A stretch of DNA of 64,000 nt from an uncultured Gammaproteobacteria bacterium (GCA_965231015.1 OZ246408.1:83755-147754); one strand, 5' to 3'. Positions 1 to 10,119 are shown, counted from the stretch's first letter. Notes: a model not told the origin generated them from the sequence alone. Program-made: numbers and translations.

Positions 1-644
1 TGCACCAGTCCAATAAACAAATTATGATCAGCTCAGACCGCCCACCAAAAGCTATCCCTGCCCTTGAAAACCGGCTTCTGTCGCGTTTTGAGTGGGGAAT
101 GATGACAGACATTGGAAGTCCGGACTTTGAGACTCGTATCGCGATTTTAGAGGCCAAGTGCCGGGAAAAAAACTATCTACTAGATAAGGAAATCTTGCAC
201 CACATGGCCACCGTAGTTCAATCTAATGTGCGTGAGCTTGAGGGTGCACTCAATAAAATCATTGCCTTTCATCAATTTAAAAACGTTGACCCTACCATTG
301 ATTCGGTAAAGCCTATTGTTTCCAGTTTTGGGCCCATGAAATCAAAAAAGTCAGTCACACCAAAACAACTTATCCAAACCGTGGCCGCATACTTTGATCT
401 GCAAATTGATGACCTGCTTGGAAAAAGCAGAGAAAAACGCCTGGCTTTTCCGCGACAAATCATCATGTATATTATGAGAGAGGAGATGAAAAGTTCTTAC
501 CCATCAATAGGACAGGAACTGGGAGGACGAGACCACACCACCGCCATGCACGCATATGATAAAATTTCCTCAGCCCTGACCGATGATGAAAAACTGCAGC
601 ACGACCTGGAACTCATCAAACAACGACTTTATTCCATCCAATAG
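1..644 (+). CDS. dnaA: Chromosomal replication initiator DnaA, C-terminal part (gene starts upstream of window)
   Basis: The frame is open from the window start. The translation has the DnaA domain III/IV signature (…GGRDHTTAMHAYDKI… helix-turn-helix) and is followed by dnaN, the canonical order. Confidence 0.88.
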   Translation, partial: HQSNKQIMISSDRPPKAIPALENRLLSRFEWGMMTDIGSPDFETRIAILEAKCREKNYLLDKEILHHMATVVQSNVRELEGALNKIIAFHQFKNVDPTIDSVKPIVSSFGPMKSKKSVTPKQLIQTVAAYFDLQIDDLLGKSREKRLAFPRQIIMYIMREEMKSSYPSIGQELGGRDHTTAMHAYDKISSALTDDEKLQHDLELIKQRLYSIQ

Positions 645-902
645 GTTGTGCAAAACCTGCCGACAGGTGCGTGGGCAACCAAAACAAAAACATGGCACAA
701 ACAGTGCACAAATCAAACAAAAACTTTCGTTCCAAAAAAACAAAAACTTTCCCACAGGAAAACCAAAAACAAACTTACTGTTTGTGCACACTTCAAAAAT
801 CAAAATCACCCCGAAAACAAACCCTAAAACCCACTTACCAACACAGTCCACAACCCCTATTGTTAATACTTACAAATAAATTTATTTCAGTTAGTAATAG
901 TT
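645..902. promoter_or_regulatory. dnaA-dnaN intergenic region, candidate oriC (A-rich tract with degenerate DnaA-box-like 9-mers such as TTGTGCACA and AGTCCACAA)
   Basis: The position between dnaA and dnaN, the strong A/C skew and the absence of credible coding (only low-complexity ORFs) support this. The boxes are imperfect. Confidence 0.35.
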
Positions 903-2045
903 ATGAAATTGTCGTGTACCAAAGATAACCTGCACCAAGGGCTGGCCATCACCGCTCACGTGACCGGAAAAAACGTTAACCTGCCGATTCTTGGAAATGT
1001 TTTGATGAAAACCGAGGGAGGATCACTGCGTTTAACCACCACTAACCTGGAAATGGCCACCACCTGCGTGGTGCGAGGAAAAATGGAGGAAGAAGGAGAT
1101 TTTACCGTACCAAGCAAATTGTTTTTTGACTACGTTGCCCTGCTTCCAAACGAAAATGTAGAGCTTGAGGTGGTGAAAGATAACCTTTCGGTTAGGTGTG
1201 GTCAGCACACCACCAAGATCAGGGGGTTGTCTTCAAGTGAGTTTCCATTGATTCCGCCGGTCAGTGGAGGAGACAAATATTTGCTTGATCCGGAACCGTT
1301 TCGTGATTCACTTTCTCAGGTTTTGTTCGCGGTGGCCGGGAACGAGTCTAGACCAGAACTGGCCGGTGTCTCTATGAAATTTCATGATGCTACAGCCGGT
1401 AAAAACAAACTAACCATGGCCGCCACAGACAGCTATCGTCTGGCTGAGCGCACCGCAAGCTTGTCCAGCGGATCATCAGACAAGGCTCAAGATGTGATTG
1501 TGCCGGCTCGCGCTCTTGGAGAGGTGCTTAGAATATTATCCCTATTTAAAGACTCTGTTGATACTCCGGAAAACATCTCGATTGAGTTAGCCGACAACCA
1601 GATTGTGTTTCGGTTTGGGCCGGTTGAGTTAACGTCTCGAATCATCGAAGGAACCTATCCGGATTACCAGCAAATTATTCCAAAGAGTTTTCAAACCGAA
1701 GCGGTGCTTAAACGAGAAGAACTGATTAAGGTCGTAAAAACAGCCAGCCTTTTTTCACGAACCGGCCTGTTCGATGTCACTCTCAAGGTGTTGCCGGATG
1801 AGAAGCGGTTTCAGGTATCGGCCACCGATGTAACTCGAGGTGAGAACACGGCCGTGTGTGAGGCCGACGCCACCGGAAGTGAAAACCAGATTACAGTAAA
1901 CTTTCGTTATTTGCTCGATGGGCTAAACGCCATGAACACGGACGAGGTGTTGTTTCAGGCTATAGACGGGGCCAACCCGTGTTTAATCAAACCAAAAACT
2001 GAGACTGACGAATACTTGTACATCGTCATGCCAATAAAACAATAA
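903..2045 (+). CDS. dnaN: DNA polymerase III beta sliding clamp
   Basis: It is 380 aa with a three-domain clamp-like sequence (…LEMATT…, …MAATDSYRLAER…, C-terminal …LIKPKTE…). The position after dnaA fits. Confidence 0.92.
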   Translation: MKLSCTKDNLHQGLAITAHVTGKNVNLPILGNVLMKTEGGSLRLTTTNLEMATTCVVRGKMEEEGDFTVPSKLFFDYVALLPNENVELEVVKDNLSVRCGQHTTKIRGLSSSEFPLIPPVSGGDKYLLDPEPFRDSLSQVLFAVAGNESRPELAGVSMKFHDATAGKNKLTMAATDSYRLAERTASLSSGSSDKAQDVIVPARALGEVLRILSLFKDSVDTPENISIELADNQIVFRFGPVELTSRIIEGTYPDYQQIIPKSFQTEAVLKREELIKVVKTASLFSRTGLFDVTLKVLPDEKRFQVSATDVTRGENTAVCEADATGSENQITVNFRYLLDGLNAMNTDEVLFQAIDGANPCLIKPKTETDEYLYIVMPIKQ

Positions 2046-2049
2046 AGAA

Positions 2050-2268
2050 ATGGGGTTAAGTAAACAAGATGTTACTGGAATTATCACTGTGAGCGGCGTG
2101 ATCATTGCCGTGTTGGTGTACGTGGCTATACAAACCGTGGCCATAAACAACGCTGAACCCGCACAGGAGAATCCTCAACACATGTACATTGATCTTGATA
2201 CGGGAGAGCAGTGGGTGGAAGGAGAACAGCCAGGTGGTGTGATGTTGCAACCAGCTGAAGAAAAATAA
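2050..2268 (+). CDS. Small hypothetical membrane protein (one TM helix)
   Basis: It is a 72-aa ORF with a hydrophobic segment, tightly following dnaN. Confidence 0.35.
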   Translation: MGLSKQDVTGIITVSGVIIAVLVYVAIQTVAINNAEPAQENPQHMYIDLDTGEQWVEGEQPGGVMLQPAEEK

Positions 2269-2280
2269 ACAGCCAAAAAC

Positions 2281-2351
2281 AAAACCACCCTCGAGACGGA
2301 TTCGGAGGTGGTTTTTGGCTTGGTCCTTATTTGGTCCACGTGGACCAAATA
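2281..2351. terminator. Bidirectional terminator region between convergent genes (hairpin AACCACC…GGTGGTT plus a perfect 20-nt palindrome TTTGGTCCACGTGGACCAAA)
   Basis: Stem-loops flanked by A/T runs are seen directly in the sequence. Confidence 0.5.
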
Positions 2352-2366
2352 GCGTTCTTTTTGAAC

Positions 2367-5324
2367 TTATTGATTGAACGGATTTAATTCATCTGGATCG
2401 TAAGGCTCTTCCTCTTCTTCCTCGACCGGCTCGCAGTCTTCCCCTTCGCATTCTTCAACCGGCTCCTTGGTCTCGATGATGTTGCTTGTGACGTGAACTA
2501 AGATACCGGCGGTGTCCAGGTTGCCCCCGTCACCACGAGCGCGAGCGCTCAAGAAGTAATCCCCGGCTTCAGGTAGGGCCCAGTCGATCGTAATGAATGG
2601 TGAGGTTGGATTTTCAACCGTGGCCACCACCTCGCGCAAGCTTTCACCATACGGCAGTAAGTACAAACTTATTGAGTTATATGAGCTAGGGTTTTCGAGC
2701 TCCAGCACGACTGAATAGGTCTCGCCCATTGGATCAATGCTTTCATTGTTGGTTGGGTTGTGAATGACAAAGGTGTCATCAGCCGGATCGCTCGTGATTT
2801 TTACACTAATCTCATGAATCGCTGAGTTGTCGATGTCGTCGTAGGCCACTGCGCGCAGGGTATAAGTCCCTCTGTCAATTGTGTTGGGAATGGTGGCAAA
2901 AGTAGTGTTGGTTCCGGTACCAGAGGTTAAGTAGTAGCCGTCGAGATAGTATTCAACCCGCTTTATACCTCGCGGAGCATCTCCGTCGACCTCAATCTCT
3001 AAATTTCTGTTTGCCAAACTTTCCCCCGAGCTTGGGCTTGTGATTTGAATGTTTGGGAAGTTGGCCGGTACGTGCAGGTCATCATACTCGGTTGGTGGCT
3101 CTCCCTCAGTGATGGTGACTCCGGTCTCTTCTTCCTGACGATCCAGCCAGCTTTGTACTGCGGTTTCCCAAGGTTCATACATAGAGTCAGACGATTCTGC
3201 GCCCGGTACATCACCAAGCGGATCATACCGGTCTACATAATGTAGAACGTTGTGATACTCAGCAAAGGTGGTTTCTTCTGTGTAAGAGGCCGGGGTGTAT
3301 TCAGTGGCCAGCTTGCCTGAGGCCTTATCGATTTTTACTGTGGTGGCCGGCAGGTTGCCGTCGAGCATGGCTTTTCCGGTGGTTGGAATATTAGGAGCGG
3401 TAAAATATTCGTAATCAGTTCCTTCAAGCGCCGCGCGCATGAAAGCGTTCCAAATTGGCGCGGCCACGGTGGATCCACCGGCGCCGTAAGCCATTTCGCT
3501 GTTGTCGTTGTTACCACCCCAGACCCCGGCCACAAGCGATGGAGTGTAGCCAATGGTCCAACCATCGCGGTAATCATTGGTGGTACCAGTTTTAGCCGCC
3601 ACCGGTCGTCCGCTAAGTTGTAGTTTGCTTCCGGTGCCAAACACATAAGCACGAGCGTTGTTGTCAGACAAGACGTTTGTAATCATGCGGGCAAAATTTG
3701 GTTCCAGGGCCTTGCTGCCCGAGCTTTCTTTCCATTCTTCTAAAATGTTTCCGTCCGGTTCTTCCACCCGCAAAATTGCGGATGTTTCATGGTATACTCC
3801 TTCATTAGCTAACGTGGCATAAGCGTTAACATGTTCTAAAAGCTCAACCTCGGCTCCACCAAGCACCATGGACAGTCCAAAGCGTGAACGATCCTCAAGT
3901 GTGGTGTAGCCAAGCGACTCAGCAAAACTGGCGGCCTGTTCAACACCAACAAGATACAGCATCTTCACAGCAGGGATATTTAGTGAGCCCTGTAGAGCCG
4001 TGCGCACAGTAACCGGCCCGCGCTCGCCAAGATCGTAGTTATTTGGCGAGTAAGTGCCGGTCACGGTTGGGAAGTCGGTTTTTACGTCCCAAAGAACCGT
4101 GCTGGGGGTGTAGCCTTTGGCAAACCCGGCCGTGTAAACAATTGGTTTGAAGCTCGAACCGGGTTGGCGAGGGCGCAGTGTCACATTCACCTGACCGTCA
4201 ATCTCGTCATCAAAATAATCTTTGCTTCCGACCATGGCCAGAATTTGTCCGTTAGTTGGGTCAATGGCCACAAGGGAGGCGTTGGAGAAACCGTATTGTT
4301 CTCCAGTGGCTTCAACGTGTTCAGATACCGCGGTTTCAGCCGCCTGTTGTTTATCCCAATCAAGCGTAGTAATAACTTTTAGTCCCCCCTGTTCCACTAA
4401 ACGCTCACCATACTTTTCTTCAAGCTGTTCTTTAACCCACAACACAAAGTGAGGTGCATCAATATTTGAAATTTGGTCTTTAATCACCACCACCTCGGCC
4501 ATGGCCAAATCTGCAGTCTCTTGATCCAAGTAACCCTCGTTTACCATCATGGCAAGAATTAGGTCTCGTCTCTCATCAAGTAAATCCGGATTATTTAAGT
4601 ATCGACTCGGAGCCTTGGGCAGTGCGGCAAGCGTTGCCGATTCAGCAAGGGTTATTTCACCAACCGTCTTTCCAAAGTAGGCCTGAGCTGCCGACTCCAC
4701 ACCGTAGTTGGTAGAACCGTACGGGATTTCATTAAAGTACATCTGCAGGATTTCATCTTTGTCAAATCGGCGCTCAATTTCAATCGAGAGAATAAGTTCT
4801 TTTATCTTTCGGCTGATTTTACGTTCGTCAGACAGGATGGCATTTTTAACAAGTTGTTGAGTTATGGTTGACCCTCCGGCCGCGCGGCCTTTTACAATCT
4901 GTCCATACACCACACTCCATACAATTCGGAACGGATTAAAACCCTTGTGTTTATAAAATTGCTGGTCTTCCACTGTGATGGTGGCATTGATAAGATTCTG
5001 AGGAATATTCTCAAGCTGAACCAAGGTTCGATTTTCGTTGCCGTGAATTTCGTATAGAAGGTGTTCTCCGGTGCGGTCATAGATTTTGGTAGCCTGTTCA
5101 ATGTTGCGCTCGAGGAGCTCGCCCGGTTCTGGCAAGTCACGTGTAGCCCAAGCAAAAATACCGAGCACAAATATAGACCCCAGCACTGCTAAACCAGCCG
5201 TGGCAAGAATAATATTTTTGGCTAACGTTTTTTTGTCCCATTTACGCCAGAATTTTTTAGTTCGACGCCGGCGGACATTGTGGCTTTTCCAACCACCCCC
5301 AATATTGTTGTTTTTTGCACTCAT
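2367..5324 (-). CDS. Class A penicillin-binding protein (glycosyltransferase GT51 plus transpeptidase) with a long C-terminal extension
   Basis: It has an N-terminal TM helix and GT51 motifs (…EDQQFYKHKGFN…, …GGSTITQQLVKN…). The transpeptidase domain follows. The C-terminal ~300 aa has Ig-like character and an acidic tail (EEEEEEPYDPDE). Confidence 0.9.
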   Translation of the reverse strand: MSAKNNNIGGGWKSHNVRRRRTKKFWRKWDKKTLAKNIILATAGLAVLGSIFVLGIFAWATRDLPEPGELLERNIEQATKIYDRTGEHLLYEIHGNENRTLVQLENIPQNLINATITVEDQQFYKHKGFNPFRIVWSVVYGQIVKGRAAGGSTITQQLVKNAILSDERKISRKIKELILSIEIERRFDKDEILQMYFNEIPYGSTNYGVESAAQAYFGKTVGEITLAESATLAALPKAPSRYLNNPDLLDERRDLILAMMVNEGYLDQETADLAMAEVVVIKDQISNIDAPHFVLWVKEQLEEKYGERLVEQGGLKVITTLDWDKQQAAETAVSEHVEATGEQYGFSNASLVAIDPTNGQILAMVGSKDYFDDEIDGQVNVTLRPRQPGSSFKPIVYTAGFAKGYTPSTVLWDVKTDFPTVTGTYSPNNYDLGERGPVTVRTALQGSLNIPAVKMLYLVGVEQAASFAESLGYTTLEDRSRFGLSMVLGGAEVELLEHVNAYATLANEGVYHETSAILRVEEPDGNILEEWKESSGSKALEPNFARMITNVLSDNNARAYVFGTGSKLQLSGRPVAAKTGTTNDYRDGWTIGYTPSLVAGVWGGNNDNSEMAYGAGGSTVAAPIWNAFMRAALEGTDYEYFTAPNIPTTGKAMLDGNLPATTVKIDKASGKLATEYTPASYTEETTFAEYHNVLHYVDRYDPLGDVPGAESSDSMYEPWETAVQSWLDRQEEETGVTITEGEPPTEYDDLHVPANFPNIQITSPSSGESLANRNLEIEVDGDAPRGIKRVEYYLDGYYLTSGTGTNTTFATIPNTIDRGTYTLRAVAYDDIDNSAIHEISVKITSDPADDTFVIHNPTNNESIDPMGETYSVVLELENPSSYNSISLYLLPYGESLREVVATVENPTSPFITIDWALPEAGDYFLSARARGDGGNLDTAGILVHVTSNIIETKEPVEECEGEDCEPVEEEEEEPYDPDELNPFNQ

Positions 5325-5407
5325 AGTGCTTCTAGACTACCTCAATTTTGGGCTAAAGACAAGGCAAACTTCCCCAATTTGTGTTAGGTCTGATTGACAT
5401 ATGGGGA

Positions 5408-5436
5408 TTGACTTTTTGGTCAAAATATGCTATAGT
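5408..5436 (+). promoter_or_regulatory. Promoter module TTGACT-17-TATAGT with the conserved spacer …GGTCAAAATATGC
   Basis: It is a consensus-like sigma70 promoter about 45 nt upstream of the 3D-domain gene and shares the recurrent spacer motif (see findings). Confidence 0.5.
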
Positions 5437-5479
5437 GCACCTCGTTCCGCAGTAAAGCGGAATTTTATTTTATCAATAT

Positions 5480-6037
5480 ATGCCTAAACGCAAGAAACAA
5501 CTTAAAAAGGTATCTAAGTGGAAGAAGTTCGCTAAATTTAGCAAGAAAAATGCTTTCAATTTGGCTCTAATCGGTTTTACTTCGCTTGGTTTAGCCTATT
5601 TTTCACTTCCAAATACCGCCAAGGCTTACTTTGGTGTTTCACCAGAGTTTGATAGCACCTGGGCTGAGGAAATGCGTCTTGAGTTTGAGGTGCTTGAAAA
5701 CCAGTCTAAATCTTACGGCGAGCTTCCGCTTGCCGGAGACGCCAAGCCGCGTTACGAGACCACTGTGCCAACCACTGCTTATACTTCAACCGTGTGGCAG
5801 TGTGATGACACCCCGTTTATTACAGCTTCGGGAACCCATGTTCGTCACGGTGTGGTAGCGGCTAACTTCCTACCGATTGGTACCAAGCTTAAGATTCCTG
5901 AGCTTTACGGTGATCAAGTCTTTATTGTAGAGGACCGAATGAATGCCCGCTATTACAAAAAGATGGACATTTGGATGGAGGACTATGACGAAGCTATCGC
6001 CTTTGGAGTACAAAACTTAACCATTCAGGTTTTCTAA
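5480..6037 (+). CDS. 3D-domain (MltA/YocH-like) cell-wall-binding protein with an N-terminal signal/TM
   Basis: The C-terminus (…TASGTHVRHGVVAAN…PIGTKLKIP…IVEDRMNARYYKKMDIWMEDYDEAIAFG) fits the 3D domain pattern. Confidence 0.6.
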   Translation: MPKRKKQLKKVSKWKKFAKFSKKNAFNLALIGFTSLGLAYFSLPNTAKAYFGVSPEFDSTWAEEMRLEFEVLENQSKSYGELPLAGDAKPRYETTVPTTAYTSTVWQCDDTPFITASGTHVRHGVVAANFLPIGTKLKIPELYGDQVFIVEDRMNARYYKKMDIWMEDYDEAIAFGVQNLTIQVF

Positions 6038-6153
6038 AGATTTGAATGATGTAAAAACGAAAAACTCGTCAGGTATGGCGGGTTTTTCTGTTCTGGTTGT
6101 GGCTTGATCGGATCTGATTTTTATGATAATGTCCCCTCACAAGAATTGTTTTT

Positions 6154-6228
6154 GGCTGCGTGGCGAAGTGGTAACGCAGGGGTCTGCAAAACCTCGATGC
6201 ATCGGTTCGAATCCGATCGCAGCCTCCA
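6154..6228 (+). tRNA. tRNA-Cys (GCA)
   Basis: A cloverleaf was folded by hand: acceptor GGCTGCG/CGCAGCC, anticodon loop CTGCAAA, T-arm ATCGGTTCGAATCCGAT, encoded CCA. Confidence 0.85.
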
Positions 6229-6378
6229 TCCTTCGCTTCATCATATTTTGTTGGTGAAGCGGAGGATGCCCCTCGAGGCTCCGGAGGAGCGAAGTGGGGG
6301 CTTTGATCAGAATAATGAAGCTACGGATGATAAACCAGCATGACAGGGCTGTTTTTTGTTGCTACAATATATAACAAT

Positions 6379-6948
6379 ATGGGAGGAACTAAGAAAAAGA
6401 TTATCGGCCCCGTAATTCGCATCCGCGAGATAGTTTTTGGTTTAGAGGACGGTCTGGTCTCCACGGTTGGAGCTGTGACCGGCATTGCTGCCGGAAGCGG
6501 TAGTACATATGTCGTAGTTTTATCAGGGTTGGTCTTAATTATAGTCGAGGCTCTCTCAATGGGAGCCGGGAGTTACTTGTCAGAGAAGAGTAATCGCGAG
6601 GCTATGTACGCGCGCTACGCGAATGATTCACACATGAAAAAGCATTTGCCGGAACTGTTTCCGGAAACTGACATTAAGGCAGGGTTTGTGATGTGGGCTT
6701 CGTACATGATTGGTGGAATTATTCCTTTGGCTCCATATTTCTTTTTTTCCATCAACAATTCTTATGCACCATCAATTATCGGAACCGCTTTTGCTCTATT
6801 TGGGGTTGGGGTTTGGAAGGCTCGGCACACCAAACGTGATTGGATTAAAAGTGCTCTTGAAATGGTAGTGGTATCGCTTGGGGCAGTAGTGCTGGGGTTT
6901 GTGATTGGGCGCTTGGTGTCAGGCTCTTTTGGAATAAACGTCTACTAA
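6379..6948 (+). CDS. VIT1/CCC1-family (DUF125) putative iron/manganese transporter
   Basis: …EIVFGLEDGLVSTVGAVTGIA… plus C-terminal TM helices are typical of the VIT family. The start was chosen at an internal ATG; the upstream ATG at 6340 is also possible. Confidence 0.65.
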   Translation: MGGTKKKIIGPVIRIREIVFGLEDGLVSTVGAVTGIAAGSGSTYVVVLSGLVLIIVEALSMGAGSYLSEKSNREAMYARYANDSHMKKHLPELFPETDIKAGFVMWASYMIGGIIPLAPYFFFSINNSYAPSIIGTAFALFGVGVWKARHTKRDWIKSALEMVVVSLGAVVLGFVIGRLVSGSFGINVY

Positions 6949-7004
6949 GTCAGTCCGGTTACAGCCTTGAAAAAGAGGCTGTTTTTTGTTAGGATCACTC
7001 TACT

Positions 7005-8201
7005 ATGAAACATGTTTATTTAGATCACGCCGCTACAACCCCGCTTGATCCACGGGTCAAAGAGGCAATGGAGCCGTACATGACGGACCGATTTGGTAAT
7101 CCGTCTAGTTTTCATACTCCGGGCAAACAGGCTAAAGATGACCTGGATGCGGCTCGGGAGCGTATTGCCCGCCAGCTTGGAGTGCGCACAGAAGAGATTA
7201 TTTTTACTTCCGGTGGAACCGAATCTGATAATTTGGCTCTGCTTGGGTTTGCTCGAAAGAATTCTGAACACGGGAAACATATTATTACAACCAAAATCGA
7301 GCATCATGCGGTTCTACACTCTGCCGAGCAGCTGGAGCGGGAAGGTTTTGAGGTGACGTATCTTGAAGTCGATAAGGATGGGCTCGTCAGTGTTGATCAG
7401 GTAATAAAAGCGATTCGTCTGGATACGATCCTCGTAAGCATAATGTACGCCAACAACGAGATTGGAACCGTGGAACCTATTTCAGAAATTGGAAATGCAA
7501 TTGAAAAATATCGGCGCGACAACAAAACCGAGTGGCCAGTTTTTCACACGGATGCCTGTCAGGCCGCGGGCGCACTCGAACTTAACGTTCCAAAACTGCA
7601 TGTCGACATGTTGACGTGCAACGGATCTAAAATTTATGGACCAAAAGGAATCGGGTTATTGTTTAAGAGACGCGAGCTCAAGCTCGAGCCACTTACGTTT
7701 GGTGGTGGACAAGAAATGGGTTTGCGGCCAGGCACCGAGAATGTGGCAGGAGTTATCGGATTAGCCGAAGCTCTCAAGATTGCGGAAGAGGAACGCAAGA
7801 AAGAGTCAGCTCGATTAATTGCCTTGCGAGAAAAATTGATCGCGGGAATTCGTGATAAGATTGAAGGAGTGCGTTTGAACGGTTCAGCAATAGACCGGCT
7901 CCCGAACAATGTAAATATATCGTTTAAAGATATCGAAGGCGAGGCCTTGCTTTTATACCTCGATGCCAAGGGAATATATTGTTCGACCGGGTCGGCGTGC
8001 ACCAGTGCATCGCTTGATCCGTCACACGTGATTATGGCCCTTGGTTTGCCGGCTGAGGTAGCACATTCGGCCATGCGGTTTAGTCTGGGACGGAAAACAA
8101 CTGAAGATGACATTGATTATTTGCTCTCTGAGTTGCCACCACTCGTTGAAAAGATTCGAAAGATTTCCGCCGTTAAGATCGATAAAAAATATTTTGAATA
8201 A
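7005..8201 (+). CDS. iscS: Cysteine desulfurase (NifS/IscS family, PLP-dependent)
   Basis: …LDHAATTP…, …SGGTESDN…, HTDACQAAG and SxHK-type motifs; 398 aa. Confidence 0.9.
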   Translation: MKHVYLDHAATTPLDPRVKEAMEPYMTDRFGNPSSFHTPGKQAKDDLDAARERIARQLGVRTEEIIFTSGGTESDNLALLGFARKNSEHGKHIITTKIEHHAVLHSAEQLEREGFEVTYLEVDKDGLVSVDQVIKAIRLDTILVSIMYANNEIGTVEPISEIGNAIEKYRRDNKTEWPVFHTDACQAAGALELNVPKLHVDMLTCNGSKIYGPKGIGLLFKRRELKLEPLTFGGGQEMGLRPGTENVAGVIGLAEALKIAEEERKKESARLIALREKLIAGIRDKIEGVRLNGSAIDRLPNNVNISFKDIEGEALLLYLDAKGIYCSTGSACTSASLDPSHVIMALGLPAEVAHSAMRFSLGRKTTEDDIDYLLSELPPLVEKIRKISAVKIDKKYFE

Positions 8202-8202
8202 T

Positions 8203-8613
8203 ATGGCTGACGTTCAGTCTCACGATGGAGAAGAAAATTGGTTCTATTCCGCAACCGTGCAGGACCACTTTTTCAATCCGCGGAATCTTGCGACCGAGGG
8301 TCCAACTGATTATGATGCCATGGGTGAGGTTGGTTCGCCGGCTTGTGGGGACAAGATGAAAGTATGGATAAAAGTTGATCCAAAAACGAACAAGATTACT
8401 GACTTTAAATGGCGAACTTTCGGGTGCGCTTCAGCTATTGCTTCGACTTCTGTGGCTTCAGAAATGATGATTGGAAAAACCCTTGAAGAGGCTCAAAAAA
8501 TCACTCCAAGGAAAATTGTGGAAGAGCTTGGCGGTTTGCCTCCGCGAAAGATCCATTGTTCGGTGTTAGCAGATCAAGCCCTTCGAGCCGCAATTAAAAA
8601 CTATCAAAAATAA
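8203..8613 (+). CDS. iscU: Fe-S cluster assembly scaffold (IscU/NifU N-terminal domain type)
   Basis: …GSPACGDKMKVWIKV…, …FGCASAIASTS…, and a C-terminal …IHCSVLADQAL…; the ATG is 2 nt after the iscS stop. Confidence 0.85.
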   Translation: MADVQSHDGEENWFYSATVQDHFFNPRNLATEGPTDYDAMGEVGSPACGDKMKVWIKVDPKTNKITDFKWRTFGCASAIASTSVASEMMIGKTLEEAQKITPRKIVEELGGLPPRKIHCSVLADQALRAAIKNYQK

Positions 8614-8622
8614 GCCTAAAAT

Positions 8623-8883
8623 ATGAAAATAACCATTAAAGTAGATCCAGACCTTTGTATTGGAGCCGCAGCCTGCGTGGCAGTTGCCCCGGATTTTTAT
8701 CGTCTTAACGAAGACAATAAAGCAGTTGTGCTCGACCATGGAAAAGATGGGAATGAATACGAACGCACTATTGAGATCGAAGATGGTGAGCTCGATAATA
8801 TTCTGTTAAGTGCGGAATCTTGTCCGACCCTAGCAGTGTATATTTTTGACGAAGCGGGCAAACAATTGTTTCCCAAAAATTAA
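8623..8883 (+). CDS. Small [4Fe-4S]/[3Fe-4S] ferredoxin
   Basis: CIGAAAC…SCP cysteine pattern, 86 aa, within the Fe-S operon. Confidence 0.7.
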   Translation: MKITIKVDPDLCIGAAACVAVAPDFYRLNEDNKAVVLDHGKDGNEYERTIEIEDGELDNILLSAESCPTLAVYIFDEAGKQLFPKN

Positions 8884-8886
8884 ACT

Positions 8887-10026
8887 ATGAAATATTTGAT
8901 TATCGGTGGTGGCGTCGCTGGAACAACTTGCGCTGAAGAATTGCGCAAGCAGGATGCCAAGGCCGAGATCACAATTGTCAGCGAAGAAAACCACCCACTT
9001 TATTCCCGGGTGCTGCTTCCTCATTACGCCATGGGTAAGGTGTCGCGTGAAAAGTGTTTTTTGAAATCTTTTGAGTGGTACAGAAAACAAAAAATTGAAC
9101 TCATTGAAGGACAACGGGCAGTAAAACTCGACACAGAAAATAAGTTTGTCGAATTAGACGATGCGCGTGAGCTGCCGTATGATAAACTCGTAATCGCTAT
9201 CGGAACTGAGCCACGTCTTGAAACCGGTGAGCCGCGTGGAGTGGGTTACTTTTGGACCATCGACGACACGGACCACTTAGTTAAGTTGCTCGGCGAACCA
9301 GGACACAAACATGCCGTGATTCATGGTGGTGGATTTATTGCGTGTGAATTTTTGAATCTGTTTGCGCATCACGAACTAGCAACCACAGTAGTGTTGCGCG
9401 GTGAACATTTTTGGAATCGGATTCTTGAACCAAAAGTGGCAGATTATTTTATGAATTACCTGAAGGAGCAAGGGGTTGAAATTGTAACTGGGGCAAAAGA
9501 GTTAGAGGTGATGGGCAAGGAGGAGGTCAAAGCTGTTAGAACAAATGGAATTGAGACCAAGTGTTCGGTACTCGGGGTTGCAATCGGAAACGAGATCGAT
9601 TTAACCTGGCTTAAGGAGACAGGGGTTGAGATTGGGGATGGGATTCAAACAAATGAGTATCTTGAAACTAAAGTTTCCAATGTTTATGCTATTGGTGACG
9701 TGGCCGAGAGTTATGACTCGGTGGTGGACAGACAGTATTTGGCCGGAAACTGGGGTCGAGCGTTGACAATGGGCCGCACTTTGGCAAAAACCATGACCGG
9801 TGAGCGGACCGAGTTTCAGCACGTGAGTTCTTACGCGATCAATGTTTTGGGATTAGATGTGACTTTTATTGGTGACACGGACAAGGATGCATCGGAGCGA
9901 GTCGAAATCGAGGAAAAAGAGCAGGGAATTGCCCAAAAACACTATCGGAATGGAATAATGGTTGGAGTAGCCATTTTTGGTAGGGGATTTGATCGAAATA
10001 AGCTTACCCAGGAAGTAGGCAATTAA
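8887..10026 (+). CDS. FAD/NAD(P)-dependent pyridine nucleotide-disulfide oxidoreductase (ferredoxin/rubredoxin reductase-like)
   Basis: N-terminal GGGVAG Rossmann motif and a second GGGFIACE dinucleotide motif; last gene of the Fe-S operon. Confidence 0.8.
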   Translation: MKYLIIGGGVAGTTCAEELRKQDAKAEITIVSEENHPLYSRVLLPHYAMGKVSREKCFLKSFEWYRKQKIELIEGQRAVKLDTENKFVELDDARELPYDKLVIAIGTEPRLETGEPRGVGYFWTIDDTDHLVKLLGEPGHKHAVIHGGGFIACEFLNLFAHHELATTVVLRGEHFWNRILEPKVADYFMNYLKEQGVEIVTGAKELEVMGKEEVKAVRTNGIETKCSVLGVAIGNEIDLTWLKETGVEIGDGIQTNEYLETKVSNVYAIGDVAESYDSVVDRQYLAGNWGRALTMGRTLAKTMTGERTEFQHVSSYAINVLGLDVTFIGDTDKDASERVEIEEKEQGIAQKHYRNGIMVGVAIFGRGFDRNKLTQEVGN

Positions 10027-10067
10027 TTGAAAATTAGCTAAAATAAGATAAAAAGTAGATTTTTGGT

Positions 10068-10105
10068 CCTTATTATTCCTACGTACGAATAATAAGGTCT
10101 TTTTC
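10068..10105 (+). terminator. Rho-independent terminator of the Fe-S operon (CCTTATTATT…AATAATAAGG stem plus T-run)
   Basis: A 10-bp perfect stem followed by TTTTT. Confidence 0.65.
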
Positions 10106-10119
10106 TTTGTGTCTAGACA

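Noticed and set aside
583-928. ORFs 583-879 plus and 671-928 plus in the dnaA-dnaN spacer
   Set aside because: They give low-complexity Lys/Asn/Thr/Pro-rich translations from an A-rich non-coding tract and overlap the dnaN start, so they are more likely origin or promoter DNA.
7020-8113. Minus-strand ORFs inside iscS (7020-7307, 7112-7294, 7634-8113)
   Set aside because: They lie antisense to a well-supported PLP-enzyme gene and have no coding features.
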